This document shows positions 62,846 to 64,000 of a DNA stretch of 64,000 bases, one piece after another. Both the position numbers and the translations under genes were made by a program. The notes beneath the pieces were generated by a model. It ran no database searches. It was not told where the DNA came from and was given only the letters and a program-made list of their open reading frames with translations. Source of the stretch: Thermoleophilia bacterium. GTDB taxonomy: Bacteria; Actinomycetota; Thermoleophilia; Gaiellales; SKUG01. The stretch lies in NCBI GenBank assembly GCA_025964555.1, contig JAOPYQ010000027.1:111462-175461 (forward strand), read 5' to 3'. Within the stretch, counting starts at the first letter, position 1; each line of letters opens with the position of its first letter.

Positions 62846-63250
62846 GCTCGGGCCTAGTGTCCGAGCTCGCCGGCGCCGCGCTTCGCGTCGGGGCCGAGGT
62901 GCTCGTCGACGTCCGGAGCGATCCAGTCGCTCGGCATCGCAGGAACGCCGGGCAGCGGCGCAGCAGGAGGCGGGGCCAGCTCGCCGTTGGGCGATGGCTC
63001 ATGGAAGACGCCGCTCGTGCCCACGGCACGCGACGCTGCTCCTACCTGGTCGGGATGCACTCCCGCTGACCTCCTGGCGAATCTCCGACGCGCCGATTGG
63101 GCCGCGCCATCGTGACCGTTCCTCGCGTGCGTGACGAGCAACGTTCCAGCCCATGGTGCAACGAGCCGGGCCGCATGTCCACCGCCAGTTCCACGAACCG
63201 TCGACGCCACCGTCGGTCACGACACCCCATGCGAGGATAGGGGCCAGCCA

Positions 63251-64000
63251 ATGGCCGCCGACCCGACATCCCGCCCCGACCTTCGCGTGTACCTGGCCGT
63301 CCCCGACGCCCATCGTGAGCGGGCAGCGTGGGCGCTCGAAGCGCTCCTGGCACGCGCGCGCATCCCGAACTGGCGGCTGGTCGAAGGAGATGAAGACGTC
63401 GACCTGGCGCTGCCTGCCGACGCCGCGCAATGGGACTTCGTCGCCGATCGCGAGCCCGACGCAGAGCGCGACCCGCTCGCGTTCACCTTCTGGTGGCTCG
63501 CGCGCGTGGAGGAGCAGCTCGCGCCGGAGGACGCGTTCGACGAGCATGGCCGATTCCGGTTCGAGCGATCGGCTTCGGCGCGCGCGCCGCACGCCGTGCC
63601 CGTCGACGAGCTCGCGGAGCGCATCGCCACCGACACTGGCCTGGCGCGCGCGCCGCACGCGGACGGCGAACCCACGTGGCGGGTCGTCGCCACCCACGAC
63701 ATCGACCTTCCGCTGCGCTGGACGCGGGTCGGCCGTCGCCGCGCGCTGCGCTCGATCCGGAACGACCTGCGCGCCGGGCGGATCTTCCCCGCGCTGCGCA
63801 CCACGCTCGCCTACGTCGCGGGCCTGCTGCCCGGGCGCGACCCGTGGGACAACTTCGCGGCGATCACGGACCTGGAACGCGCCGAAGGCGCCGAGTCCAC
63901 CAGCTACCTGCTCGTTGGCAGGCACGCGCCCGAGGATGGCGACGCGGAGCTGCACGATCGAGGTCGCTCCTGGATCGGCAGCGAGCGTGGCGCGGCGCTC
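63251..64000 (+). CDS. Partial CDS (N-terminal 250 aa), possibly a polysaccharide-deacetylase-family protein with a DUF7033-like N-terminus
   Basis: Not in the ORF track because there is no stop in the window. ATG 63251 opens a high-GC3 frame: MAADPTSRPDLRVYLAVPDAHRERAAWALEALL...FTFWWLARVEEQLAPEDAFDEHGRFRFERS...PVDELAERI. Family assignment is from memory only. Confidence 0.5.
   Translation, partial: MAADPTSRPDLRVYLAVPDAHRERAAWALEALLARARIPNWRLVEGDEDVDLALPADAAQWDFVADREPDAERDPLAFTFWWLARVEEQLAPEDAFDEHGRFRFERSASARAPHAVPVDELAERIATDTGLARAPHADGEPTWRVVATHDIDLPLRWTRVGRRRALRSIRNDLRAGRIFPALRTTLAYVAGLLPGRDPWDNFAAITDLERAEGAESTSYLLVGRHAPEDGDAELHDRGRSWIGSERGAAL

Noticed and set aside
62854-63210. 118-aa minus-strand ORF between the collagen-like gene and the partial 3' gene
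   Set aside because: The 5' two-thirds has clearly lower GC3 than real genes here and an Arg-rich, junk-like sequence. Only the last ~50 codons (…PSPNGELAPPPAAPLPGVPAMPSDWIAPDVDEHLGPDAKRGAGELGH) look coding-like. This is too ambiguous to call, though a very small protein cannot be excluded.
1-64000. Mobile elements, prophage, defence islands or toxin-antitoxin pairs
   Set aside because: I saw no integrase, transposase, terminal inverted repeats, tRNA attachment site or recognisable defence or TA gene. Composition looks uniform apart from short AT-rich promoter islands.

Overview
Very GC-rich window; called genes have almost exclusively G/C at third codon positions. Gene content looks like Actinomycetota: MarP-type protease, MmpL, DUF2510, DUF3105, ClpS and Lon. 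I call about 47 protein-coding genes. I saw no rRNA, tRNA, CRISPR array, transposase or integrase. Because of the GC content, the ORF track is full of long Arg-rich shadow ORFs, which I rejected by composition and frame.

Layout:
- 1-12543 (-): one giant secreted repeat protein of more than 4180 aa. It is missing from the ORF track because its frame has no stop inside the window.
- 12.7-21.8 kb (-): GMC oxidoreductase, Xi-class GST, DUF3105 lipoprotein, RND permease and Lon.
- 22.2-26.6 kb: a metal island. It holds a single ORF fusing a DtxR/MntR-type repressor, a TM helix and a two-domain multicopper oxidase. That ORF is coupled to a ZIP permease and followed by a TetR gene and a divergent secreted His-motif protein.
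- 26.6-28.9 kb: three orphan genes, including a standalone DUF3320-like protein and an FG-repeat low-complexity protein.
- 29-41.7 kb: OmpR/PAS-HK pair, ClpS, MarP-like protease, a degenerate DAC-domain protein, arginase, two NlpC/P60 genes, ALDH, an Opu-type ABC importer and an MBL hydrolase.
- 41.8-45.7 kb: secreted DUF1996 protein, a GH5-like/lysyl-oxidase-like fusion and an RlpA-like protein.
- 45.7-58.4 kb: the most system-like region. A divergent MmpL gene sits next to a seven-gene translationally coupled operon: KASIII/OleA-like thiolase, P450, OleC-like adenylating enzyme, GT2, OleD-like SDR and two paralogous P450s. An MFS exporter follows.
- 58.4-64 kb: DUF2510 protein, class II aldolase, and a collagen-like GDK-repeat protein.

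Best candidates for undescribed biology are the Ole-like but OleB-less P450/GT-decorated lipid operon and the DtxR-TM-multicopper-oxidase fusion with its ZIP partner. All family calls are by-eye motif recognition; no searches were run.
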